Origin: an uncultured delta proteobacterium
GTDB lineage: Bacteria > Myxococcota_A > Polyangia > Polyangiales > Polyangiaceae
Assembly (NCBI GenBank): GCA_963806225.1
Contig: CAWDXG010000004.1
Coordinates: forward strand, 1,088,001 to 1,152,000
Reading direction: 5' to 3'
DNA length: 64,000 nucleotides
The position numbers and the translations under genes were made by a program. Below are positions 20,633 through 28,738 of this stretch, piece after piece (position 1 is the stretch's first letter; every line of letters begins with the position of its first letter). The notes beneath the pieces were generated by a model. That model was not told where the DNA came from and made no database searches. It was given only the letters and a program-made list of their open reading frames with translations.

Positions 20633-20735
20633 GGACGGCTCGCATCGCTTCGCTCGCTTGGGCGATCTGACGGCGGTGGGCAAGCCCGCGCCAGGCTCCG
20701 CCTGGCACTGGGGCTTGCACGGCACCGCACCGCTG

Positions 20736-20789
20736 GGACCCGGTCCCGAACCCGGTCCCGGTCCCGGTCCCGGTCCCGGTCCCGGTCCC
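20736..20789. repeat. (GGTCCC)n array upstream of four-helix-bundle gene 1
   Basis: GGGACCCGGTCCCGAACCC(GGTCCC)n running into the hairpin arm. Confidence 0.9.
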
Positions 20790-20848
20790 AGTCCTTTCTC
20801 CCGCCGGGCGGGCGGGTCGGCGACCCGCCCGGCGGGAGAAAGGACTGG
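20788..20848 (+). promoter_or_regulatory. Perfect 25-bp inverted repeat covering the RBS of four-helix-bundle gene 1
   Basis: CCAGTCCTTTCTCCCGCCGGGCGGG (20788-20812) pairs with CCCGCCCGGCGGGAGAAAGGACTGG (20824-20848); ATG at 20852. Confidence 0.85.
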
Positions 20849-20851
20849 AAC

Positions 20852-21172
20852 ATGCTCGAAGTGGAACGCGTTGCTCTGGAAGCCATTGGCGCCTTGCGGC
20901 CGCTGATGCCGCGTATTGCGCGGCACGACCGCGCGCTGGACACGCAACTGCGCAAGGCGGCCAGCAGCATGGTGCTCAATGTGTGCGAAGCGCAGCACTC
21001 CGATCCCGGCAATCGGCGGGCGCGGTTCCACTCGGCGGCGGGTTCGGCCAACGAATCGCGCGGCGCGCTGCGCGTGGCGGTTGGGTGGGGCTACGTCACC
21101 GACGCGCAGGCGCGACCCGTGCTGGAGCTGCTGGACCGCGTTGTTGCCATGCTCTGGAAGCTCACGCACTGA
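20852..21172 (+). CDS. Four-helix-bundle protein (23S rRNA IVS protein/Avd-like fold), 106 aa
   Basis: LDTQLRKAASSMVLNVCEA...RARFHSAAGSANESRGAL...LLDRVVAMLWKL matches the family pattern QxRRAxxSxxxNIAEG...FxxAxGSxxE; AAGGA RBS. Confidence 0.85.
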   Translation: MLEVERVALEAIGALRPLMPRIARHDRALDTQLRKAASSMVLNVCEAQHSDPGNRRARFHSAAGSANESRGALRVAVGWGYVTDAQARPVLELLDRVVAMLWKLTH

Positions 21173-21175
21173 CGC

Positions 21176-21523
21176 TCAGCGCACCAGCCGCGTGAGCATC
21201 GCGTTCAGGCGCTGTCCGAGCGACAGCACGCCCGGCAGCGCCTCGCGCCGTGCGTCGCCCGACGCGACCGCGATCTCCACCGCCGCGACCGCTTCCACGA
21301 GCTCCCCGCGCGCCACCGCAAACGCCCGCGCCTTGTCCGCCCGCGTGACCCGCCCTGCGCCCTCCGCGCAGTTCAGACACACGCTCTTCGCAGCCCGTAC
21401 CGCCTCGTCTCGCAGCTTGCGATCGCGCACGTCCGCGGATTTCACCGCCGCGAGCACTTCGAGCGCGAGGCCGTACGCGTGCAGCCGGTGGTGGGGCATG
21501 AGGCATGAGGTCTCTGTCGTCAT
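21176..21523 (-). CDS. Four-helix-bundle protein (23S rRNA IVS protein/Avd-like fold), 115 aa
   Basis: HHRLHAYGLALE...LRDEAVRAAKSVCLNCAEGAGR...KARAFAVARGELVEA...LNAMLTRL; GAAGGAG RBS. Confidence 0.88.
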   Translation of the reverse strand: MTTETSCLMPHHRLHAYGLALEVLAAVKSADVRDRKLRDEAVRAAKSVCLNCAEGAGRVTRADKARAFAVARGELVEAVAAVEIAVASGDARREALPGVLSLGQRLNAMLTRLVR

Positions 21524-21570
21524 GTTTCTTTCTCCTTCACCCAAGAAGGAGAAAGAAACATGACGACAGA
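21513..21570 (-). promoter_or_regulatory. Perfect 26-bp inverted repeat covering the RBS and start codon of four-helix-bundle gene 2
   Basis: TCTGTCGTCATGTTTCTTTCTCCTTC-ACCCAA-GAAGGAGAAAGAAACATGACGACAGA. Confidence 0.9.
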
Positions 21571-21588
21571 AGCCATTACCGGGCCCAA

Positions 21589-22264
21589 GACCGGAACCGT
21601 GACCGCGACCGAAGACCGTGACCGCGACCGAAGACCGCGACCGAAGACCGCGACCGAAGACCGCGACCGAAGACCGCGACCGAAGACCGCGACCGAAGAC
21701 CGCGACCGCGACCGAAGACCGCGACCGAAGACCGCGACCGAAGACCGCGACCGCGACCGAAGACCGCGACCGAAGACCGCGACCGTGACCGCGACCGCGA
21801 CCGTGACCGCGACCGCGACCGAAGACCGCGACCGTGACCGAAGACCGCGACCGTGACCGAAGACCGCGACCGTGACCGAAGACCGCGACCGTGACCGAAG
21901 ACCGCGACCGCGACCGAAGACCGCGACCGAAGACGCGCGACCGCGACCGAAGACCGCGACCGAAGACCGCGACCGAAGACCGCGACCGTGACCGAAGACC
22001 GCGACCGTGACCGAAGACCGCGACCGCGACCGAAGACCGCGACCGTGACCGAAGACCGCGACCGAAGACCGCGACCGTGACCGAAGACCGCGACCGAAGA
22101 CCGCGACCGTGACCGAACGACCGCGACCGAAGACCGCGACCGCGACCGAAGACCGCGACCGTGACCGAAGACCGCGACCGTGACCGAAGACCGCGACCGA
22201 AGACCGCGACCGCGACCGAAGACCGCGACCGTAGACCGCGACCGAAGACCGCGACCGCGACCGC
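21589..22264. repeat. Right GACCGC/GACCGT/GACCGAA tandem array (~0.68 kb, about 100 units)
   Basis: Continuous mosaic of 6/7-mers ending at the stop codon of the ArsA-like gene. Confidence 0.97.
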
Positions 22265-23427
22265 TACGGTCGCAAAGCGCTTTCCGGGCAGAGCAGAGCT
22301 GCGACGCCCGCGAGCGTCGCGAGATCGTGCACGTCTCCCGGCAGCGCCGGGATGTCGATGCGGAGCGGCGGATCGTCACTGCCGTCGAAGGCGTTGCCCA
22401 GCGCTGCCAGGTGAGCCGCGTCGCGGCTGGCCAGAAGGCGCTCTTCCTCGAGCGCCCGCGCCAGCCGCTCCGCGCCGTCGTCACCGAGGGGCAGAGCGTG
22501 GCGCTCGACGGAGCTCTCGATCTGTTCGAGCGTCGGCAGCTGGCGCGGCTTTCTGTGCACGCGATTGACGACGAAAGCGTCGCGGCGCATCCCCTGCTCG
22601 ACCAGCCGCTCGGCAAAATACAGCACCTCGCGGATCGCGAGCGGCGCCGGCGTCGTGACGAGCACGTAGCCGAAGTCCGGTCCGCGGAAGGCCTCGGCCA
22701 CCTGGCTCGCGCGCTCGCGGAAGCCGCCGAACAGATCGTTGAGCTCGGTGATGAACTCCGCCATCTGCTCGAGGAACCCACCGCCCGTGAGCCGGCCGAT
22801 GCCGCGAAGCACGACGGCGACGCTCTTGGCCACCAGGTTCAGGCTGAACTTGCCGCTCTTCTCGAAGGCCTGGATGAACCAGCGCATGGCGGCGCTGTCC
22901 AGCGCCTCGATCAGCCGTTCCGGTGCGTCGAGGAAGTCGAGCGCATTGCTGGTTGGCGGTGTGTCGAGGACGATCAGGTCGTAGTTGGTGTCGCGCTTGA
23001 CGGCGAGGAGCTTCTCCATCGCCATGTACTCCTGCGTGCCGGCCAGGCTGGTCGACACATACTGGTAGAGGCGGTTCTCCAGGATGCGGTCGCGCGCTTC
23101 GGGGCTCGAGGCGTGTCGGCGTACCAGCTCGTCGAAGGTACGCTTGGTGTCGAGCATCATCACCGTCAGGCTGCCGGACACCTCGACGCCAGCCTGCGTG
23201 AAGCGGCTCACGTCGACCTTCTGGGCGTCGGAGGTCATGCGCCGGAGGCCGAGGCTGTTGGCCAGGCGGCGCGCGGGATCGATCGTGAGGCAGAGCACGC
23301 GCAGGCCGCGGCGGGCGGCGGCCAGGCCGATGGCTGCAGCGACTGTCGTCTTGCCGACGCCGCCGCTGCCCACGCACAGGATCACGTGGCGGTTTTCGAT
23401 CAGCGGAAGCAGCGAGGAACGGGACAT
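22264..23427 (-). CDS. ArsA/Get3-family P-loop ATPase
   Basis: GSGGVGKTT, TIDPARRLA, DLIVLDTPP, VVNRV; start MSRSSLLPL. Confidence 0.9.
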   Translation of the reverse strand: MSRSSLLPLIENRHVILCVGSGGVGKTTVAAAIGLAAARRGLRVLCLTIDPARRLANSLGLRRMTSDAQKVDVSRFTQAGVEVSGSLTVMMLDTKRTFDELVRRHASSPEARDRILENRLYQYVSTSLAGTQEYMAMEKLLAVKRDTNYDLIVLDTPPTSNALDFLDAPERLIEALDSAAMRWFIQAFEKSGKFSLNLVAKSVAVVLRGIGRLTGGGFLEQMAEFITELNDLFGGFRERASQVAEAFRGPDFGYVLVTTPAPLAIREVLYFAERLVEQGMRRDAFVVNRVHRKPRQLPTLEQIESSVERHALPLGDDGAERLARALEEERLLASRDAAHLAALGNAFDGSDDPPLRIDIPALPGDVHDLATLAGVAALLCPESALRP

Positions 23428-23524
23428 TCTACGACACCACGAGCCGCTGCCGTCTAGCACAGCACACCGCTCACGCCGTCGGGAAGTTGGCCCAGCGGCT
23501 GGTCCGCGTGCAATCTCCGCCGCC

Positions 23525-23935
23525 ATGATGCCCCCGGAGAGCGAGCGAAAGGAGCGGCGTCTGGCGCGCAGCCCGGACCCGCTGGTGGCTCTGTCCCGGC
23601 TGCTGGACGCCACCCGGCGCGATGGGCCTCTGGCGGCGCTGGCGGTGGCTGACGACACCGGCTGCCTGGTGGCCGGTGCAGGCCGGAGCGCGGACTGCGA
23701 GGAGCTCGCGGCGTTGGCTCCGCTGCTGGACGCGGCCAGCTGGCCCGCCAACGACACGACTCCGACCCGTCTGGAGGTGCTGGCGCGCAGCACCGAGGTC
23801 CGGCGCCTGTCGGTGGACGGGATCACCGTGCTGATCTGCGGTCAGGGCAGCGAACCGGGCCGCGCCGCGGGGCTGTCGCGAGCGGCGGCGGGCTGCGAGC
23901 GGATTCTGCGGGAAACCGGCCGGCAGCGTCGCTAG
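23525..23935 (+). CDS. Hypothetical protein, possible roadblock/LC7-like fold
   Basis: Helix-strand-strand-helix pattern (LSRLLDATRR-DGPLAALAVADDTGCLVAGAG-CEELAALAPL). Confidence 0.5.
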   Translation: MMPPESERKERRLARSPDPLVALSRLLDATRRDGPLAALAVADDTGCLVAGAGRSADCEELAALAPLLDAASWPANDTTPTRLEVLARSTEVRRLSVDGITVLICGQGSEPGRAAGLSRAAAGCERILRETGRQRR

Positions 23936-24001
23936 GGCGGCCGCCCGGCGGCGGCGCCCGTGTAGCCGCGTCCCGCCCGATGATCTCAGATCCAGTGGCG
24001 C

Positions 24002-24724
24002 ATGCGGGACTTCGTGGATCTGCACTGCCACTGGATCGCGGGCATCGACGACGGCGCCCGCTCGGTGGAGGAGGGGCTCGCCATGCTCAAGGCGCTCCAC
24101 GCGCTGGGCTTCGACCTGGTCGTGGCCACCCCGCACATGCGCCCGGGGATGTTCGACAACACCGCGAACGACCTGGCGGCGGCCTTCGAACGCATGCAGC
24201 CGCACCTGGGGGGCGAGGACCTGCCCAAGGTGGCGCTATCGAGCGAGCACTACTTCGACGAGATCGTGTTCGCCCGGCTGATGGAGCAGCAGGCCGTCCC
24301 CTACCCCGGCGGGCGGGCAGTGCTGCTCGAGTTCTACGAGATGGACTTTCCGCCGAGTATCGAGCACCGGCTCTTCGACCTGAAGCGGCGCCGGCTGACC
24401 CCGGTGATCGCCCACCCGGAACGCTATCGCTGCATCTGGCGCTCGCCCGAGACTCTGGAGCGACTCGTGGACATGGGCTCCGGCGCCCTGCTCGACACCG
24501 CGGCGCTGGTGGGAAAGTATGGACGCAAGGTCAAGCGCTGCGCGGAGGAGCTGCTCGAGCGGGGGCTCTACCACGCGGCCTGCAGCGACGCGCATCGCCC
24601 GGCGGACATCGCCGAGGTCGAAAAAGGCATGGCGCGGATCGACAAGCGCTACGGTGCCGAAGAAGTCGATTTCCTGTTCCGCGAGGGCCCCCGCGCGCTG
24701 CTCGAAGGACGCCTGCCGGAATGA
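24002..24724 (+). CDS. PHP-family protein-tyrosine phosphatase (CpsB/CapC/YwqE-like)
   Basis: DLHCH, GIDDG, ATPH, IAHPERY, SDAH. Confidence 0.92.
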   Translation: MRDFVDLHCHWIAGIDDGARSVEEGLAMLKALHALGFDLVVATPHMRPGMFDNTANDLAAAFERMQPHLGGEDLPKVALSSEHYFDEIVFARLMEQQAVPYPGGRAVLLEFYEMDFPPSIEHRLFDLKRRRLTPVIAHPERYRCIWRSPETLERLVDMGSGALLDTAALVGKYGRKVKRCAEELLERGLYHAACSDAHRPADIAEVEKGMARIDKRYGAEEVDFLFREGPRALLEGRLPE

Positions 24725-24809
24725 GCCGCGCCGCGGCAGAACCGCCGGGCGGCTGGGGACGACGTTGACAGGTCCTGGCCAGAACGAAAAAGTGCGCCGG
24801 AATCCTACC

Positions 24810-25964
24810 TTGTCGAACGACCCCCCGAGCCTGTCCCCGGAGCGAGCCTCCGGCCCCGAGGTGCTGCCCGCGGCGGCGGTGCCCACACGGACCGGCTGGC
24901 TCAAACGCCATCGCCTGAAGCTGGCCGTGTCGCTCGGGCTGGGGGGTGTCTTCGCGTGGATCATGCACGCGGGCGCGCTTCCGCTGTGGCCCGCGCCCGA
25001 GGCGTTCGCGCGGGTGCGCTGGTGGACCGTCGGCGTGTACGTGGCGATGTGGTGCGGCGTGCACATCATCCGCGGCGCGCGCTGGAGCCTGCTGCTGGCG
25101 CCGGTGCACCGGGTACCGCTGCGCCGGGTGGTGACCGTGGCGTGGATGGGCTTCCTGGCAACGGCCGTGCTGCCGTTCCGCGCGGGCGAGGTGGTACGAC
25201 CCGTACTGATCCGCAAGAAGGGGCACCTGACGGGCTGGGCCGCCAGCGGCACCGTGGGCGCCGAGCGCGTCTGCGATGGCCTGTTCCTGAGCGCGCTCCT
25301 GTTCCTGGCGCTGGAAATCGCCAAGCCGCTCGATCCATTGCCGAAGCACATCGGCAGTCTGCCAGTGCCCGCGGCGGTGGTGCCCGGCGCGGCGTACTCG
25401 GCGTTGGTGCTGTTCGCCGCGGCGTTCGTCGTGATGGGGCTGTTCTACTGGCGGCGCTCCTGGGCCCGCCGGATGAGCGAGCGTGTGGTGGGGCTCGTCT
25501 CCAGGCCACTGGCGCACTGGCTCGCGGATCGCGTCGAGGAGATCGCCGACGGTCTGAAGTTCCTGACGCGCCCGCGCTACACCGTACCGTTCGTCGCGAC
25601 CACGGCCGTCTACTGGCTGCTGAACGCCGCGTCGGCGTGGCTTCTGGCGTGGGGCTGCGGCTTCGACTCGATCACGTTCGCGCAGGCGTGCGTGAGCATC
25701 GGCGTGCTCGCGCTCGGCATCCTGCTACCGAATGCACCGGGGTTCTTCGGCGCGTTCCAGATCTCGATCTACGCCGGCTTCGCCATGTATTTCGCTCCGG
25801 CCGAGGTGGTGGGTCCGGGCTCGGTGTTCGTGTTGCTCGCCTACGTCACCCAGCTGGGCATCGCCGCGGTCTTCGGAGTCGGGTCGATGCTGGTCGAGCG
25901 GACCAGCTTGAAGGAATTCCTGGCCGCCGAGCCGGTCGACCTCGAGCAGGCCGCCGCCGAGTAG
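24810..25964 (+). CDS. Lysylphosphatidylglycerol-synthase TM domain (flippase-like) membrane protein
   Basis: RGARWSLLL, VLPFRAGEVVR, AERVCD, LPNAPGFFGAFQ; start uncertain (TTG at 24810). Confidence 0.8.
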   Translation: MSNDPPSLSPERASGPEVLPAAAVPTRTGWLKRHRLKLAVSLGLGGVFAWIMHAGALPLWPAPEAFARVRWWTVGVYVAMWCGVHIIRGARWSLLLAPVHRVPLRRVVTVAWMGFLATAVLPFRAGEVVRPVLIRKKGHLTGWAASGTVGAERVCDGLFLSALLFLALEIAKPLDPLPKHIGSLPVPAAVVPGAAYSALVLFAAAFVVMGLFYWRRSWARRMSERVVGLVSRPLAHWLADRVEEIADGLKFLTRPRYTVPFVATTAVYWLLNAASAWLLAWGCGFDSITFAQACVSIGVLALGILLPNAPGFFGAFQISIYAGFAMYFAPAEVVGPGSVFVLLAYVTQLGIAAVFGVGSMLVERTSLKEFLAAEPVDLEQAAAE

Positions 25965-26029
25965 GGGCGGCGGGTGGGTCGCCCACCGGAACTTGGCCGG
26001 AGCGCGCGGCGGAAAGTAGTACGGAGAGC

Positions 26030-26473
26030 ATGCGGAGGCCCGCCGGACTCCTGGTGCTCGCCCTGCTGGCGATGACCGGCGCCGGACTGCTGCGCTCGAC
26101 GAACGCCGAGGCGCGCGTCGAGGCCGACTCGCACTACAGCAAGCTGCAGACGTTCAATACCGCGCTGCGCTATCTGCGGGTCGATCTCGGCTTCAAGGTG
26201 CTCGAGAAGGACGAGGACGCGGGCTATCTGCTGTTCAACTACGTGCCGCCGGGCGACCCGAAGGACACGAGCAAGGGCTCGATCGAGGTCATCAAGACGC
26301 GGCAGGACGTGAAGGTCTTCGTCCAGATCCCGAAGATGCCGCAGTACCACGAGGTGGTGCTGCGCGACGGCCTGCTGCGCAAGCTGCGCGACGAGTACGG
26401 CGAGCCGCCGCCGAAGCGTGAAAAGCCACCGGCGAAGCCCCCCGGCGACGCCGGAACCGACGGCGGCGGCTGA
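26030..26473 (+). CDS. Exported hypothetical protein
   Basis: GGAG RBS, signal peptide, compact alpha/beta domain (ALRYLRVDLGFKVLEKDEDAGYLLF). Confidence 0.75.
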   Translation: MRRPAGLLVLALLAMTGAGLLRSTNAEARVEADSHYSKLQTFNTALRYLRVDLGFKVLEKDEDAGYLLFNYVPPGDPKDTSKGSIEVIKTRQDVKVFVQIPKMPQYHEVVLRDGLLRKLRDEYGEPPPKREKPPAKPPGDAGTDGGG

Positions 26474-26580
26474 AGAGCCGGGCACAAACCCCAGAACAGG
26501 ATTGGCACGCGCCCGCCGACGGGGATACATGAGGTCTCCGCCGCAGGTACGACGCCCCTCTGCGGCCCCCCAACCGGTTG

Positions 26581-27888
26581 ATGGACGCGCAGGACCAGCT
26601 CCCCGAACAGATCGGCCGATACCGGATTGTCCGGCTTCTCGGCCAGGGAGCCATGGGACGCGTGCTGCTCGCGCACGATCCTGTTCTCGATCGCGATGTG
26701 GCGGTGAAGCACCTACGCAACGATCTCGGCATCCCGCCGGAGCAGCGCCAGGCGCTGATCGAGCGCATGCGCCAGGAGGCCCGCGCCTCGGCGCGGGTCG
26801 GACACCCGGGCATCGTCGCGCTCCACGACATGGGCGAGGATCCGGAGCTCGGGCTGTACCTGGTCTTCGAGTACGTGGAGGGGCAGACGCTCAAGGACAA
26901 GCTCGGGCGCGGAGGGCTCGGTCCCGAAACGGCCGCGAAGATCGCACGCGAGATCGGCGACGCGCTGACCACCGCCCACTCGGCCGGCGTCCTGCATCGC
27001 GACATCAAACCGGAGAACATCATCCTGGCGCGGACCGGCGCCAAGATCGCCGACTTCGGCATCGCGCGCGTTCCGGACTCGACCCTCACCCGCGACGGCG
27101 GCCTGCTGGGCACGCCCGCGTACAGCGCGCCCGAGTCGATTTCCAGCGGGAAGTTCTCGCCGCTCAGCGATCAGTTCTCGATGGCCGCCACGATGTGGGA
27201 AGGCATCAGCGGCCGGCGCGCGTTCCCCGGCGACGACGCGGTGGCGGTCGCGTCGCGCATCTCGACGGACGAGCCTCCGGAGATCGCGGCGGTGTGCGGC
27301 CTCGACCCGCACGTGGACACGGTGCTGGCGCGCGCGCTTTCGAAGAACCCGAAGTCGCGCTTCCCGAGCTGCGAGGACTTCGGCCGCGCGCTGGCCGAAG
27401 CGCTCGAGATGTCGTCGGCGCGACTAGCCATGCCGACGCTACCGGACGAGTACCACCGCGAGTCGTGGAAGCAGGAAACGCACACGCACACGACGCGAAT
27501 TGCACTGGGCGGCGCAGCAGTCGGCGCACTTCTGGCCGTCGCGGCGCTGCAGATCACCGCGCACCTGCGCCCTCCAGCGCAAGCCGTCGCCAGCCCCGGG
27601 CCGGCCGACGCGCAACACGACCCGCATCCCGTCGCCTGGCTCGCCGAGCGCCCGCCGCCGCATCACTCGCGACGTCACTCCAAGCATGCAAAGCGATCGC
27701 AGTCAGCCGACGCCAGCGATGCAGGTGTGGTGACGGATGCAGGCGCCGACGCGCAAGCGGATGCGGAATCCGACGCACCCGATGGAAATCCGACGACCGG
27801 GCCTACAGCACCAGCGGAGAACGCTCGTGACGGTGGAAAGAACAAGCTCCGGTCACAGAAAAGCGACAACAAGACGCCCCGGAGGTGA
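26581..27888 (+). CDS. Hanks-type Ser/Thr protein kinase with TM segment
   Basis: GQGAMGRV, VAVK, HRDIKPEN, DFG, GTPAYSAPE. Confidence 0.95.
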   Translation: MDAQDQLPEQIGRYRIVRLLGQGAMGRVLLAHDPVLDRDVAVKHLRNDLGIPPEQRQALIERMRQEARASARVGHPGIVALHDMGEDPELGLYLVFEYVEGQTLKDKLGRGGLGPETAAKIAREIGDALTTAHSAGVLHRDIKPENIILARTGAKIADFGIARVPDSTLTRDGGLLGTPAYSAPESISSGKFSPLSDQFSMAATMWEGISGRRAFPGDDAVAVASRISTDEPPEIAAVCGLDPHVDTVLARALSKNPKSRFPSCEDFGRALAEALEMSSARLAMPTLPDEYHRESWKQETHTHTTRIALGGAAVGALLAVAALQITAHLRPPAQAVASPGPADAQHDPHPVAWLAERPPPHHSRRHSKHAKRSQSADASDAGVVTDAGADAQADAESDAPDGNPTTGPTAPAENARDGGKNKLRSQKSDNKTPRR

Positions 27889-27991
27889 CTCCGATCCTTG
27901 ACCGGGGATCGTGGAGAAAGTAGACGAGTCGAGCTTCGCGGCTCCGCCCACCCCCACTCCATTCGCCGGAGCCCGAATACGGAGGACTACG

Positions 27992-28576
27992 ATGAAGCTT
28001 GTAAACATCTTTGCGGCGGCGAGCATCCTGACGCTGGCTGCGGTCGGCTGCACAACGACAACCACCGGCAGCGGCACGGGCGGCTACGGCGGCGGCACGG
28101 CTGGCACGGGCACCGGCGGCACAGGCGCCGGCGGCTCCGGCGGCACTGCGGGCACGGGCACCGGCGGCACGGGCACCGGCGGCACGGGCACCGGCGGCAC
28201 GGGCACCGGCGGCACGGGCACCGGCGGCTCCGGCGGCGGCTCCTGCACCTCGACCATCCCGGCCGGCACGACCTGCGACAAGCTGACCACGAAAAACCCG
28301 ACGTGCGACACCTGCATGCAGGGCAGCTGCTGCAACGAGATGAACACCTGCTTCGGCGACACGACCTGCTCGGGCCTGTACCTGTGCATTGGCCAGAACT
28401 GCCAGGGCATCACCGATCAGACCCAATTCAACAACTGCGTGACCCAGAACTGCGCAGCGTGCGCCTCGCAGGCCGCGCAAACGGCTCTGAACGCCTTCGC
28501 AAAGTGCCAGCAGGACAACTGCACCACGCAGTGCGGCGGCGGTGCGGGCGGCGCGCCCAGCGACGGGGGCATCTAG
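27992..28576 (+). CDS. Gly/Thr-linker, Cys-rich lipoprotein (paralog 1)
   Basis: GGAGG RBS; lipobox LAAVGC; GTGGT repeats; Cys-rich C-terminal domain. Confidence 0.85.
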   Translation: MKLVNIFAAASILTLAAVGCTTTTTGSGTGGYGGGTAGTGTGGTGAGGSGGTAGTGTGGTGTGGTGTGGTGTGGTGTGGSGGGSCTSTIPAGTTCDKLTTKNPTCDTCMQGSCCNEMNTCFGDTTCSGLYLCIGQNCQGITDQTQFNNCVTQNCAACASQAAQTALNAFAKCQQDNCTTQCGGGAGGAPSDGGI

Positions 28577-28597
28577 GCCTTCGCCGACGTAGAAGGA

Positions 28598-28634
28598 GAC
28601 GGGCGGCGGATTCCGCCGCCCGTCCGTAATTTTT
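28598..28634 (+). terminator. Probable intrinsic terminator
   Basis: GACGGGCGGCGGA-T-TCCGCCGCCCGTC followed by CGTAATTTTT, just after the lipoprotein stop. Confidence 0.65.
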
Positions 28635-28738
28635 GCGAGGGCGGGCGCTGTTTTCCGCCCCAGGTGGTACGAAATCGAGAGCGCGCTATGCTCCGCGTCT
28701 TGGGCGGCTGAGGTCGCACTGCTTCCAGGGAGGCTCCG

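Noticed and set aside
20852..21523. Diversity-generating retroelement (Avd-like genes) or rRNA intervening sequence
   Set aside because: No reverse transcriptase, TR/VR pair or rRNA gene seen in the window.
21589..22264. CRISPR array
   Set aside because: Units are 6-7 bp with no unique spacers, and there are no cas genes.
21576..22781. 401-aa Arg/Ser-rich ORF and similar repeat-derived ORFs
   Set aside because: Stop-free readings of the array overlapping the ArsA-like gene; no coding signal.
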